NCBI GenBank assembly: GCA_001791325.1
Contig: MGEK01000033.1
Location: 8,370 to 72,369 of the forward strand
DNA: 64,000 nt
Direction: 5' to 3'
Origin: Candidatus Uhrbacteria bacterium RIFCSPLOWO2_01_FULL_47_25
GTDB lineage: Bacteria > Patescibacteriota > Patescibacteriia > GWA2-46-9
How positions within the stretch are numbered: the first letter of the stretch is position 1; every line of letters starts with the position of its first letter. This document shows, piece after piece, positions 1 through 9,756 of this stretch. The translations under genes were made by a program, and so were the position numbers. The notes below the pieces were generated by a model. That model worked only from the letters and a program-made list of their open reading frames with translations. It made no database searches and was not told where the DNA came from.

Positions 1-1611
1 GCCTAAAAATATCATTTCTTCTTTTTCTCCAAAAGTGCGCGGGCCAAGTGAGCTCATACCGTATTCGGTAACCAACCGGCGGGCCAAGCGCGTCGCCTGC
101 TTCAAATCGTTTGCCGCACCGGTCGTCACTTCCCCAAAAATCTCTTTCTCTGTAGCATAACCACCAAGCATTACTGCCAAATCGTCAACAAACTCGGAGC
201 GTGAATGAAAATGTTTGTCCTGCTCCGGCAGTTTCAGAGTATAACCGGCGGCCTGACCGCGCGAGATTATTGAAACCTTGTGAACCGGATCGGAGTGTGG
301 CAAGGAATGAGCCACCAACGCGTGCCCGGCTTCATGATAGGCGGTGATGCGTTTTTCTTTTTCGCTCAAGATATGACTGCGCCGCTCTGGCCCCAGCATC
401 ACTTTTTCTACACTTTCAAAAAGCTCCTGTTGCTCAATATTACCCTTATTCCGCCGCACCGTCAAAATCGCTGCCTCATTAATTATATTAGCAAGATCCG
501 CCCCAGAAAAACCGGGCGTACGCTCGGCCACGCTACGCAAAGAAACATTTTTGGCCATGGGCTTATCCGTGGCATGAATCTTCAAAATTGCTTCGCGATC
601 ATTAATATCAGGTAAATCAATGGTCACCCGACGATCAAAGCGTCCCGGACGCAGTAACGCTGGGTCAAGAACATCCGGGCGATTGGTGGCGGCCACCACA
701 ATAACATTGGTATTCGGTTCAAAGCCGTCCATCTCAACTAATATCTGATTGAGGGTCTGCTCGCGCTCGTCGTGCGACCCTCCGAGCCCGGCGCCGCGCT
801 GTCGCCCAACGGCGTCAATCTCATCAATAAAAACTATACAAGGAGCTGTTTTCTTGGCACGGCGAAAAAGGTCTCTAACGCGGGAAGCTCCAACCCCAAC
901 AAACATTTCCACAAATTCCGAGCCGGAAATATGAAAAAATGGAACTCCCGCCTCGCCGGCGACAGCTCGCGCCATTAATGTTTTGCCCGTTCCTGGCGCG
1001 CCCAAAAGCAACACGCCCTTTGGGATTTTGGCGCCCACAGCCCGAAACTTGTCAGGAGTTTTTAAAAACTCCACCACTTCCATAAGCTCGGACTTGGCTT
1101 CCTTGGCACCGGCCACGGAAGAAAAATTAACCTGATCTTTGCGCTGGCTTGGATATTCGCGTGCTCCGCTTTGACCAAAAGTAAGAGCTCTGTTGTTCAT
1201 CCCCTGCACCTGCCGCATCATAAAATAAATCAAAAGGCCAAAAGCCAAAAGCGGCAGCAGAAAGGGTAGAATCGCTGAGAGCCAAAAAGCCCAACCGCTC
1301 TCGCTGGCCACCTCAATCGGAAGCTGTTTAATTATTTCCGGAGAGAGACCGTAATTTTTCAAAAGTGTTGGCAATGAATCGGTTGCTTCTTTGGTCACCA
1401 CTTCCTTTGTGCCGTCTTTCAGTGTAACGTTCACCGTAGTGTTATTGTTCACCACTATTTTATCGATTTTTCCTTGTTCAATATCCGCCACCAATGAATC
1501 TAATCCGACTGTTTTAATTGTTGAACGGGTAGTTGAATAAGTGCTAAACAATCCAATTAGCACGAAAAAAACCAGAATAATTAACAAAAATTTTCTTAGA
1601 AAATTGACCAT
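1..1611 (-). CDS. ftsH: ATP-dependent zinc metalloprotease FtsH (C-terminus runs off the window start)
   Basis: Minus-strand ATG at 1611..1609 (not in ORF track because it runs off the window). Translation shows an N-terminal TM, Walker [21 protein letters not shown], an AAA domain and the HEAGHA zinc motif. Confidence 0.85.
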   Translation of the reverse strand, partial: MVNFLRKFLLIILVFFVLIGLFSTYSTTRSTIKTVGLDSLVADIEQGKIDKIVVNNNTTVNVTLKDGTKEVVTKEATDSLPTLLKNYGLSPEIIKQLPIEVASESGWAFWLSAILPFLLPLLAFGLLIYFMMRQVQGMNNRALTFGQSGAREYPSQRKDQVNFSSVAGAKEAKSELMEVVEFLKTPDKFRAVGAKIPKGVLLLGAPGTGKTLMARAVAGEAGVPFFHISGSEFVEMFVGVGASRVRDLFRRAKKTAPCIVFIDEIDAVGRQRGAGLGGSHDEREQTLNQILVEMDGFEPNTNVIVVAATNRPDVLDPALLRPGRFDRRVTIDLPDINDREAILKIHATDKPMAKNVSLRSVAERTPGFSGADLANIINEAAILTVRRNKGNIEQQELFESVEKVMLGPERRSHILSEKEKRITAYHEAGHALVAHSLPHSDPVHKVSIISRGQAAGYTLKLPEQDKHFHSRSEFVDDLAVMLGGYATEKEIFGEVTTGAANDLKQATRLARRLVTEYGMSSLGPRTFGEKEEMIFLG

Positions 1612-1749
1612 AATGTGAAGGTATTATACCCCGTGGGAGGCTTGCCGTAAACCCCAAGTTATCCATCCCTGGCGGATGGCTTTGGGGTATTTCCCTTCGG
1701 GTTATTTATCCAACACCTTCCAGAATACCCCGTGGTGAAAGTGCGGGAT

Positions 1750-2994
1750 TTATTGCGTGGCGTCCTTGGATTGATCGGATGTTTCTGGCGCAAGCAACGA
1801 AGTTTCCTCTTTAATTGGAACAGCAATTACCTCAGCGCTGTCTGGCGATGAGATGGATGCCTGGGGGTCTGGAGCCGAGACATTGCCCTTTAATGCTTTC
1901 AAGGAAAGACCGAGTCGGTGCTCATTTGGTTTTAACGAAATAATCTTAAACTCAGCAATGTCTCCAACCTTGATGCCGCCAGTGATGTCGGCCGCTTCAA
2001 GCTCTGAGATATGAGCAAGGCCGTGAATGTCTGAATCAAGCTCCACAAAAAGACCAAAAGGGTTAATTTTCAACACTCGCCCTTTTACTACATCTCCAAT
2101 GTGATATTTTTCTTCAACCATCTTCCAGGGATCGAGTACTAGGCGCTTACGCGAAAGAAAAACTTTTGAACCATTAATATTAATTATCTCGGCTTTGACT
2201 ATGTCGCCAATCTTAACGACATCCGTTGGGTGATCAACACGCTGCCAGGCCAGTTCTGAAATATGAATAAGGCCAGTTAATCCTTCGTTAAACTCCATAA
2301 AGGCGCCGAAGTCAGTGATGGCGGTAATCGGCCCTTCATGAACCTCTCCAACACCATGAGAAGAAATACGGGATAGTTGTTCGTCTTCAACAATTTTCTT
2401 TTCCGAAAAAATTAACTTATCGTCATCAGGACTAACATCTAATACCTTAACTTTTAAATGCTGCCCAATATAGGCTTTTAGCTGGTCTTGAATTTTTGTT
2501 TTATCGCCGCCTGGCACCCGGGGATAATGTTCGGGGAGCAGTTGCGATACCGGTAAAAATCCAACGACGTGACCCATGCGCACGAGTAGCCCTCCTTTAT
2601 TTGCTTCAACAACCTCTACCTCCACCATAGAACTATCGTCCTTTAAAGTATTGATGTTATCCCACGACTTGCGCTGACCGGCGAACCTAAAAGACAGCTC
2701 AAGCTCTCCCAGCTCGTTTTCTAACTCTATAACAGTGGCTTCTGTCTCATCGCCAATCTTCAGATCGCCATACTCAGCGGACTCGTTATAAAGCTCGCGT
2801 CCCCTAACCACGCCAGAAGCATACCCCCCGATATCCAAATGCACCTCTGTCTTAGAAACGCTTAAGGCGCGTCCCTTGACTATATCCCCAACCTTAGGGA
2901 GGGTCAAAAACTGCTTATCTTCAAGCAGGCGCTGAAAGTCCGAAGCGGCTGATTTAGTTATTGGCTGTGCTAAAATTGCTTTCATAGTTCCCAC
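1750..2994 (-). CDS. rpsA: 30S ribosomal protein S1 (four S1 domains)
   Basis: 414-aa ORF with repeated S1-fold segments (GDIVKGRALSV..., IGDVVKGRVLKI..., VGDIAEFKII...). Confidence 0.75.
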   Translation of the reverse strand: MGTMKAILAQPITKSAASDFQRLLEDKQFLTLPKVGDIVKGRALSVSKTEVHLDIGGYASGVVRGRELYNESAEYGDLKIGDETEATVIELENELGELELSFRFAGQRKSWDNINTLKDDSSMVEVEVVEANKGGLLVRMGHVVGFLPVSQLLPEHYPRVPGGDKTKIQDQLKAYIGQHLKVKVLDVSPDDDKLIFSEKKIVEDEQLSRISSHGVGEVHEGPITAITDFGAFMEFNEGLTGLIHISELAWQRVDHPTDVVKIGDIVKAEIININGSKVFLSRKRLVLDPWKMVEEKYHIGDVVKGRVLKINPFGLFVELDSDIHGLAHISELEAADITGGIKVGDIAEFKIISLKPNEHRLGLSLKALKGNVSAPDPQASISSPDSAEVIAVPIKEETSLLAPETSDQSKDATQ

Positions 2995-3330
2995 AGTATA
3001 AGCAAGATGAGTCTTCTTGGCAAGCCCCGCACCTTTTGACGTTGCTCACCACAGTTGTTTTAGGAACATCAGGTTCAGCTGCCAACAATATCTAATTTCT
3101 CTAATCATTCCTAGATATGGCCGTTCGCAAAAACATCGTGCATGGCTGGGCTTAACGTATTCTGGCCTTTGGCGCTATCTCTCTGTATTTATACAACCAC
3201 GCTCGAACCCTAACGTCGAAGGGTGCGGGGCAAGCCCCTCTTGCTTATGTATGGTAGAATATAATTAGGAGGCGTAAATTAGGCATTATTCATTATTCCC
3301 AATTCATAATTCTATATGCTATAAAATAGC

Positions 3331-5853
3331 ATGCCCCACCCAAGTCTAAAAAAAATTGCTTACAAACCATACTCTTCCGGACGACGTTCTTCTCTTCAAC
3401 CGCGCCGACCTAAAAAAAAATGGATTGGCCGGTTAATCGTTATTGGGCTGGCTCTCGCCACTCTGGGATTTACCAGCGGGCTCGCCGTCGTAGCCTGGTA
3501 CTCACGTGATCTGCCCGACCCGTCTAATCTTTCCCGGCGTACCTCCCAAGAGAGCACAAAAATTTATGATCGCACCGGCCAAACTCTTCTTTATGAAATT
3601 TCCGGCGACCAAAAAAATACTCCGGTTAAGCTTGACGAACTGCCGCCGTTCATTAAGAACGCCTCTTTGGTGGCAGAAGACCGTGATTTTTATTCGCATC
3701 GTGGATTTGATATTAAGGGAATTGCCCGGGCGTTGTTTATTGACCTTATTAAGGGTGGCCGCCTACAGGGTGGTTCCACGATTACTCAACAACTTGTAAA
3801 AAACACAATAGTTGGCGGCGAAAAAAGTTTTCGCCGCAAAATTCAAGAGTTGATTCTAGCTTACCGCATTGAACAGCGCTTCTCTAAAGAGAGAATCCTA
3901 GAAATGTACCTCAATGCCATCCCTTATGGCTCAACGGCCTATGGAATTGAGGCCGCCGCCGATCATTATTTTAAAAAATCGGCCAAAAATTTGAGTATCG
4001 CCGAGGCGGCGACACTGGCGGCCCTTCCCAAGGCGCCGTCATATCTTTCTCCTTACGGCAATCACCGCGACGAGCTCATTGCCCGCCAGCAATATATTAT
4101 CAAGGAGATGGTCAGCCTTGGCTATCTCTCTGAAGAAGAGGCTAAAAAAGCTAAAGAAGAGAAGCTTGAGTTTATTCCCCTAAAAGAAGGAATTATCGCC
4201 CCTCATTTTGTCTTCTATATTAAAGAACTCTTAAGCGCCCGCTATGGAGAAAGATTGGTTGAAACAGGGGGGCTCAAAATTATAACAACGCTTGACCTAT
4301 ATAAACAAAAAATCGCCGAGGAAGAGGTGGCTGCTGGCGCGGCCAAAAATGAAAAGCTTTATGGCGGCAAGAACGCCGCTCTGGTGGCAATTGATCCCAA
4401 AAATGGTCAGGTGCTCGCCATGGTTGGCTCGCGTGACTACTTTGCCGAAGAATATGATGGCAACGTCAATGTCGCCCTGCAACCGCGCCAACCCGGTTCT
4501 TCATTTAAACCAATAGTTTATGCGACGGCATTTATGAAGGGCTATACTCCCGAGACAATCCTTTATGACGTTGTGACCACGTTCAAAACCGATACCAAAG
4601 ACTACACCCCGCACAACTATGACGGCAAAGAACACGGTCCAGTAACCCTGCGTCAGGCCATGGCTGGTTCTCTTAACATCCCAGCAGTAAAAACTCTTTA
4701 TTTGACCGGGGTTAGCAATGTTTTAGATTTAGCAGAACGATTGGGCTACACTTCATTCCGAGACCGCAGCCGATTTGGGCTATCGCTGGTGCTTGGCGGC
4801 GGCGAGGTAAAATTACTGGAACACACCGCCGCTTATCAAGCCTTTGCCCGCGATGGTATATATCATCCCCTCGCGGCGATATTGCGAATTGAAGACGCGC
4901 GCGGACAAATACTTGAATCGTTTGAAAGCAGCGAACAGTCTGTTTTGCCACAAAATGTCGCTCGTCAAATTACCAGTATTTTATCAGACAACGCCGCTCG
5001 ATCTTTTGTTTTTGGCGCGAACAGCCCCCTCACCCTGGGGGAAAGACCGGTGGCGGCCAAAACCGGAACCACTAATGACTGGCGCGATGGCTGGACTATT
5101 GGTTTCACGCCCTCACTTGTCGTCGGTGTTTGGGCGGGCAATAATGACAACAAGGCAATGAGCCGAGGGGCAGATGGAGTGTTGGTGGCGGCTCCAATTT
5201 GGAACGCTTTTATGAAACGTGTTCTTGGAGATACGCCCAAGGAAGTATTCCCGACGCCAGAGCCGGTAGTACCGGAAAAGCCCGTATTGCGCGGCGATGT
5301 TTCAATGGAAGAAAAAATAATTATTGATCGAGCCTCTGGCAAAAGGGCTACAGAGTTAACGCCGCCTACCTATCGCGAAGAAAAAATTTATAAGCAGATA
5401 CACGAAATCCTCTATTATGTGCGGCGAGACGATCCGCTTGGGCCGCCGCCAGAGCACCCCGAAGAAGACTTAAATTATTTAAATTGGGAGGTTGCCCTGG
5501 CGCGTTGGGCAAAAGAAAAAGGCCTTGAAGTGGGAGAAATGGCGCCCCAAGAGAATGACGACCTTCACACCATAGCCAACCGACCTCAATTAATAATTAA
5601 TACTCCAACTACCGGAGAAACTGTGCGCGGACAATCCTTGATAATTAACATTGCTGCTTCGGCTCCACGCGGCATAAATGGTGTTCGCTATTATCTTGAT
5701 GGTTCGCGCGTTGCTGAAACTACTGGTGTCGTAGAAAATTATTCAATCCCCTTGGAGAATGTATCCACGGGTTTCCACACCCTTAAGCTTGAGGTGTTTG
5801 ATGATATAGATAATACCCAAACCGAGGAGCGTTTATTTAACTATATTCCCTAA
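3331..5853 (+). CDS. Class A penicillin-binding protein (transglycosylase/transpeptidase, PBP1A-like)
   Basis: N-terminal TM. Glycosyltransferase motif EDRDFYSHRGFD. Transpeptidase motifs SSFKP (SxxK), SLN (SxN), KTGT. Confidence 0.85.
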   Translation: MPHPSLKKIAYKPYSSGRRSSLQPRRPKKKWIGRLIVIGLALATLGFTSGLAVVAWYSRDLPDPSNLSRRTSQESTKIYDRTGQTLLYEISGDQKNTPVKLDELPPFIKNASLVAEDRDFYSHRGFDIKGIARALFIDLIKGGRLQGGSTITQQLVKNTIVGGEKSFRRKIQELILAYRIEQRFSKERILEMYLNAIPYGSTAYGIEAAADHYFKKSAKNLSIAEAATLAALPKAPSYLSPYGNHRDELIARQQYIIKEMVSLGYLSEEEAKKAKEEKLEFIPLKEGIIAPHFVFYIKELLSARYGERLVETGGLKIITTLDLYKQKIAEEEVAAGAAKNEKLYGGKNAALVAIDPKNGQVLAMVGSRDYFAEEYDGNVNVALQPRQPGSSFKPIVYATAFMKGYTPETILYDVVTTFKTDTKDYTPHNYDGKEHGPVTLRQAMAGSLNIPAVKTLYLTGVSNVLDLAERLGYTSFRDRSRFGLSLVLGGGEVKLLEHTAAYQAFARDGIYHPLAAILRIEDARGQILESFESSEQSVLPQNVARQITSILSDNAARSFVFGANSPLTLGERPVAAKTGTTNDWRDGWTIGFTPSLVVGVWAGNNDNKAMSRGADGVLVAAPIWNAFMKRVLGDTPKEVFPTPEPVVPEKPVLRGDVSMEEKIIIDRASGKRATELTPPTYREEKIYKQIHEILYYVRRDDPLGPPPEHPEEDLNYLNWEVALARWAKEKGLEVGEMAPQENDDLHTIANRPQLIINTPTTGETVRGQSLIINIAASAPRGINGVRYYLDGSRVAETTGVVENYSIPLENVSTGFHTLKLEVFDDIDNTQTEERLFNYIP

Positions 5854-5856
5854 GGC

Positions 5857-6993
5857 CTAGAGTTGTTTTATTAACACGATAAGGTGCCGAAATTTAATTT
5901 CCCCCTCTTTCTCTTTGTTGGATTTTAGTAAAATGGGGCGATCGGCGCCGGTCATAAAAATTTTTACTATTTCTCCCGGCACGGCGGCTAGTCCTTCTAA
6001 GAAGTATTTAGCGTTGATTGTCATGGTAATTTTTTCTCCGCTAACCTTGGCTTCTACAACATTATGGTGCGCTCCTATGCCGGTGTTTTCTGAAAAAACT
6101 TCTAAATTATGATCAGGAGAGGCTGTTAGTGAAACATCAAAAATACCGGAACGAGAAAATAATGAAGCGGCCTTAACAGCCTTGGTTAATTCGTTTTTTC
6201 CAACTTCACATTGAGTAAGTGTTTTTTCCGGGAAAAGGGGCTGATAGTCCGGATAATCGCCGTCAATCAAGCGAGATATTATTTGGGTTGGTCCGATTGT
6301 TAAATTAACTTGATTCTCGGTCGCTTCTAAGTCAACTGTTTCGTTTGTTTGTTCTTCATCTTGGGTGAGAATGCGCCGTATTTCTTGGGCGGTTGTGAGT
6401 GGTATGATGAATTTAAACGATTTGTTTGGTTTATTAATAGAAACGGAGAGCTCAGAAAGGCGATAACCGTCGGTGGCGGCTATGATCAGTTGTTGTTTGT
6501 TCCCCTCATTAACAGTAAACAAAACCCCTCCAAATTGAGGTCTGTTGTCAACGCGGCCAATAGCGAAAATTGTTTTATTAAGGGCTTCTATTAATTGCGT
6601 GGTTTGTATGGTGATTTTGTTTGTTGAATTTTCAATAGTGGGAATGGTTGGAAACTCGGCGGTTGGGGCCGTGCGAAGGGTGGTGTTTATTTTTTCACCC
6701 GTTATTGTTAAATTGTTGTTGTTTGTGTTCAACTCTATGGTTCCATTTGGTAATAGTGGCGCTAATTCAAGCAATAGCTTGGCGGGGACAAGACATTCTC
6801 CTGTTTCCTCTGTTTTTCCTCCAATCTCGTGATGTATACCCGCTTCTAGGTTGGTGGTGGTAAGGGTTAATAGGTTTTTTTCTGTTTTTAATAATATGTT
6901 ATTCAAAATTGGTAAACTGGTGGTTTTTAGGGCCAGGTGTCCTATTGTATTAATTCCTTTTAATAAACTTTCTTTTGAACAAGAGAATTTCAT
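5857..6993 (-). CDS. dnaN: DNA polymerase III beta sliding clamp
   Basis: 378 aa, N-terminus MKFSCSKESLLKGINTIGHLA typical of DnaN. Lies immediately downstream of dnaA on the same strand. Confidence 0.85.
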   Translation of the reverse strand: MKFSCSKESLLKGINTIGHLALKTTSLPILNNILLKTEKNLLTLTTTNLEAGIHHEIGGKTEETGECLVPAKLLLELAPLLPNGTIELNTNNNNLTITGEKINTTLRTAPTAEFPTIPTIENSTNKITIQTTQLIEALNKTIFAIGRVDNRPQFGGVLFTVNEGNKQQLIIAATDGYRLSELSVSINKPNKSFKFIIPLTTAQEIRRILTQDEEQTNETVDLEATENQVNLTIGPTQIISRLIDGDYPDYQPLFPEKTLTQCEVGKNELTKAVKAASLFSRSGIFDVSLTASPDHNLEVFSENTGIGAHHNVVEAKVSGEKITMTINAKYFLEGLAAVPGEIVKIFMTGADRPILLKSNKEKEGEIKFRHLIVLIKQL

Positions 6994-7208
6994 ATAATAT
7001 ATAATATAATTTTATATATAATAGTGGTAGTGATAGTGGGGGTGTGTAAAAAGGATAATTTGTTTTAATGATTATTATTTAAAGAGATTTTTAAAAACTT
7101 TTTAAATAAGAGTGGGATATAATATTGAACTATGGGTGGATAAAAAAGGGAAAGAAAGCATTAATTGTTTTTTAACAAAGATTTATAAAGAAATCCGGAT
7201 AAAAATTG

Positions 7209-8561
7209 TTAACTTGTGTATAAGCGTTGGCGTATAGCTAATACGTCTTGACGAATACGTTCATCGGTTTCAATAGCACCACGAATTTTTTCGTGCGCGT
7301 GCATAGCGGTGGTATGGTCGCGTCGTCCAATTTCTTGTCCAATAGTAGGGTAGGAAATTCGGCCATCCTCGCGCAGTAGGTACATAATAATTTGACGGGG
7401 AATAACCAACTCTCGTTTGCGGCTTTGGCCAATAATACCCTCAAGTGGCACCTCAAAATAACGGCAAACCATGTCAATTAAATGTTTCGGTGAAATTTGT
7501 CGTCGCGGCTGATCAGCCTCTCTAGAAGCAAACATTTTTTTAACCACATCAATAGAGGGCACGTTGCTGTGGAATTGCCACTCAGCAACGATACGGTTAA
7601 GGGCCCCCTCTAGCTCGCGGATATTATGCTGGAAGGTTGTGGCTAAATAATGAATAACCTCACGTTCTAACTCAATGCGACGATCTCGACACTTGGTTTG
7701 AAGAATGGCGATTCTAGTTTCCATGTCCGGTTGTGAAATATCGGCCAGCATTCCCCATTCAAATCGCGAAAGCAGTCGTTGCTCAAGGCCGGGGATGGCT
7801 TTGGGTGGCCGGTCTGAAGTTAAAACTATTTGTTTATTATTTTGATGAAGAGTGTTAAAGGTGTGGAAGAACTCTTCCTGTGTCCCCTCTTTTCCGGCAA
7901 TGAATTGAATATCATCAATCAGTAATAGATCAACCGAACGGTACTGATCCTTAAATTCTTTACCATGGCCGGTTCGCACAGATTGTATATAATCAGTGGT
8001 AAAGCGTTCACTGCTTACGTATAAAATTTTTAACCCTCGTCCCATTGATTTTAACCCAATGGCTTGTAAAAGGTGGGTTTTTCCAAGCCCCACGCCACCG
8101 TATATGAATAATGGATTGTAGGTTTGTCCAGGAGTAGTCGCTACAGCTAGGGCGGCGGCATGTGCCAGCTCATTACCCTTCCCAACAACAAAGCCCTCAA
8201 AAGTATAGCGCGAATTAAGACCGCCGCGGTTGGCGGGCGCGTCTTTTGGCGCATCAATAACAGGGGGTACCCCCAACGGCGGTGGCTGGTGTTCTGACTC
8301 AAAACCTACTGGCTTCTGACTGACTTTATAAATTACTTCACCAATGTTTTCTTGAAGAATGCTTTGAATAGCCTTAAGGATAGCCGAGTGGTATTTCTTT
8401 TCTAACCATGTTTTTGTAAAGGTGTTGGGCACACCGATAACCACTCTTCCGTCGTTAACATCAATAACGTAGGTGTTTTTAAACCAAGTTGTAAAATTTG
8501 CCCGGCTTAATATAAGTTCCAATTCTCCAAGAACGGCACGCCAAAGCTGCTGGTTGGTCAT
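7209..8561 (-). CDS. dnaA: Chromosomal replication initiator DnaA
   Basis: 450 aa. Walker A GGVGLGKTHLL. Classic C-terminal DnaA DNA-binding domain (PTIGQEIGRRDHTTAMHA). Confidence 0.9.
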   Translation of the reverse strand: MTNQQLWRAVLGELELILSRANFTTWFKNTYVIDVNDGRVVIGVPNTFTKTWLEKKYHSAILKAIQSILQENIGEVIYKVSQKPVGFESEHQPPPLGVPPVIDAPKDAPANRGGLNSRYTFEGFVVGKGNELAHAAALAVATTPGQTYNPLFIYGGVGLGKTHLLQAIGLKSMGRGLKILYVSSERFTTDYIQSVRTGHGKEFKDQYRSVDLLLIDDIQFIAGKEGTQEEFFHTFNTLHQNNKQIVLTSDRPPKAIPGLEQRLLSRFEWGMLADISQPDMETRIAILQTKCRDRRIELEREVIHYLATTFQHNIRELEGALNRIVAEWQFHSNVPSIDVVKKMFASREADQPRRQISPKHLIDMVCRYFEVPLEGIIGQSRKRELVIPRQIIMYLLREDGRISYPTIGQEIGRRDHTTAMHAHEKIRGAIETDERIRQDVLAIRQRLYTS

Positions 8562-8907
8562 AAATGCTAAATAATTAATTTAAATATCCCTATCAAGCCA
8601 AGGGGTCCAGTAAATATAAAGCACTTCATAATATAGCATAATAATTTTTTTGTCCAAAGGGCTGCTTGAACATAGTCTATGTTCATAAACTGTGGAGGAA
8701 TTGTGTACAATGGTTCATAACAACAACAATCACTTTTGCCCTTTACGGTAAATTTTTAATAAGGTATAGTATTGGGCAAACACTAATTCCTAAACAAATC
8801 CTAATATCTAAACAGTGAAATCACAGATAGCAAGTTTGGAAAATTGTGATTTAGGGCTTAGTAATTGTTTAGAGATTTGATATTAGAGATTAGAAATTAA
8901 TAATTAA

Positions 8908-9020
8908 GGTATGCCCCGTTAGAAGTCTAACTTAGCAACATTATCAATCTTTCAACCATGATACAATTCATCAACCAATTAAATACTATAATTACCCAGG
9001 ATTTCTAACGGGGTATGCCC
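8908..9020. mobile_element. MITE-like element copy 1 (TIR GGTATGCCCCGTTAGAAGTCT ... GATTTCTAACGGGGTATGCCC)
   Basis: 18-bp near-perfect terminal inverted repeat enclosing ~80 bp. The conserved interior (…atcaaccaattaaatac…) is shared with copies at 20378, 34798 (inverted) and 50594. Confidence 0.7.
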
Positions 9021-9155
9021 AAACGCACGTATCAACCCAAAAAACATTACCGAAAAAGGGTACACGGCTGGCGAATTCGCCGTCGTAGCGCTGGCGGGCG
9101 TCGCGTTTTAAAGAATCGTCAGCAAAAAGGGCGTAAGCGCATCACTCCATCATAG
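9015..9155 (+). CDS. rpmH: 50S ribosomal protein L34
   Basis: Hand translation gives [46 protein letters not shown]. It is absent from the ORF track (<60 aa). It sits directly upstream of rnpA as in most bacteria. Its ATG lies inside the right TIR of MITE copy 1. Confidence 0.85.
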   Translation: MPKRTYQPKKHYRKRVHGWRIRRRSAGGRRVLKNRQQKGRKRITPS

Positions 9156-9165
9156 CGGCGGATTC

Positions 9166-9501
9166 ATGTTTCCACAAGAACGCCGACTTGGGCGCCGTAA
9201 GGATATCAGTTTAGTGTTGCGCCGGGGCCGCCAGATTAATATCCCGGGACTAACATTAAGATTTCGCCGCACCAATAACACTCTCCCGCGGTGTACGGTC
9301 GTTGTGGGGACGGTTGTTTCTAAAAAGGCGGTCATAAGGAATCGCCTAAAAAGGCAAATGCGGCATCTCTTGGCGGCAGAAATAAAATCTCTAAATTATG
9401 GAGTTGATATAATGTTAACTATTAGGCCGCCATTGTTAAGTAAAACTAAAAAAGAACGTCTAGTAATTCTCAAAGAAGCGCTTCGTCGAGCGCGCTTTTA
9501 A
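9166..9501 (+). CDS. rnpA: Ribonuclease P protein component
   Basis: 111 aa basic protein. Follows rpmH. Carries an RNase P protein-like RNR motif ([10 protein letters not shown]). Confidence 0.8.
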   Translation: MFPQERRLGRRKDISLVLRRGRQINIPGLTLRFRRTNNTLPRCTVVVGTVVSKKAVIRNRLKRQMRHLLAAEIKSLNYGVDIMLTIRPPLLSKTKKERLVILKEALRRARF

Positions 9502-9506
9502 ATTTT

Positions 9507-9743
9507 ATGAGACCCTTAATTGGTTATTTAATCCATTTTTATCAGAGGACATTTTCACCAGACCACGGGTTCCTTAGAGTTTTTTTCCCTAATGGTTATT
9601 GCCGATATTATCCAACCTGCTCTGAATACGCGAGTCAGGCCATCAAAAAACACGGGCCTTACGGCTTATGGCTTACGGCTATTCGGCTTTCCCGGTGTCA
9701 CCCCTGGAGCGCTGGCGGCGTTGATCACGTGCCGGTTAACTAG
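9507..9743 (+). CDS. yidD: Membrane protein insertion efficiency factor YidD
   Basis: 78 aa with conserved Cys pattern ([16 protein letters not shown]). Lies between rnpA and yidC. Confidence 0.75.
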   Translation: MRPLIGYLIHFYQRTFSPDHGFLRVFFPNGYCRYYPTCSEYASQAIKKHGPYGLWLTAIRLSRCHPWSAGGVDHVPVN

Positions 9744-9756
9744 CCAATCGACTGCT

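Noticed and set aside
280-978. Plus-strand ORFs 280..615, 749..934, 772..978 from the six-frame track
   Set aside because: They lie antisense inside the clearly coding ftsH gene (Walker A and HEAGHA motifs on the minus strand). Antisense-frame artefacts.
3017-3268. ORF 3017..3268 (83 aa) between rpsA and the PBP gene
   Set aside because: Lies in the promoter/5' region of divergent genes, with no RBS and Cys/Arg-rich odd composition. Likely non-coding.
9592-9756. Upstream 55 codons of the yidC track ORF
   Set aside because: Overlaps yidD in another frame. The internal Met at 9757 gives a normal short-form YidC immediately after the yidD stop.
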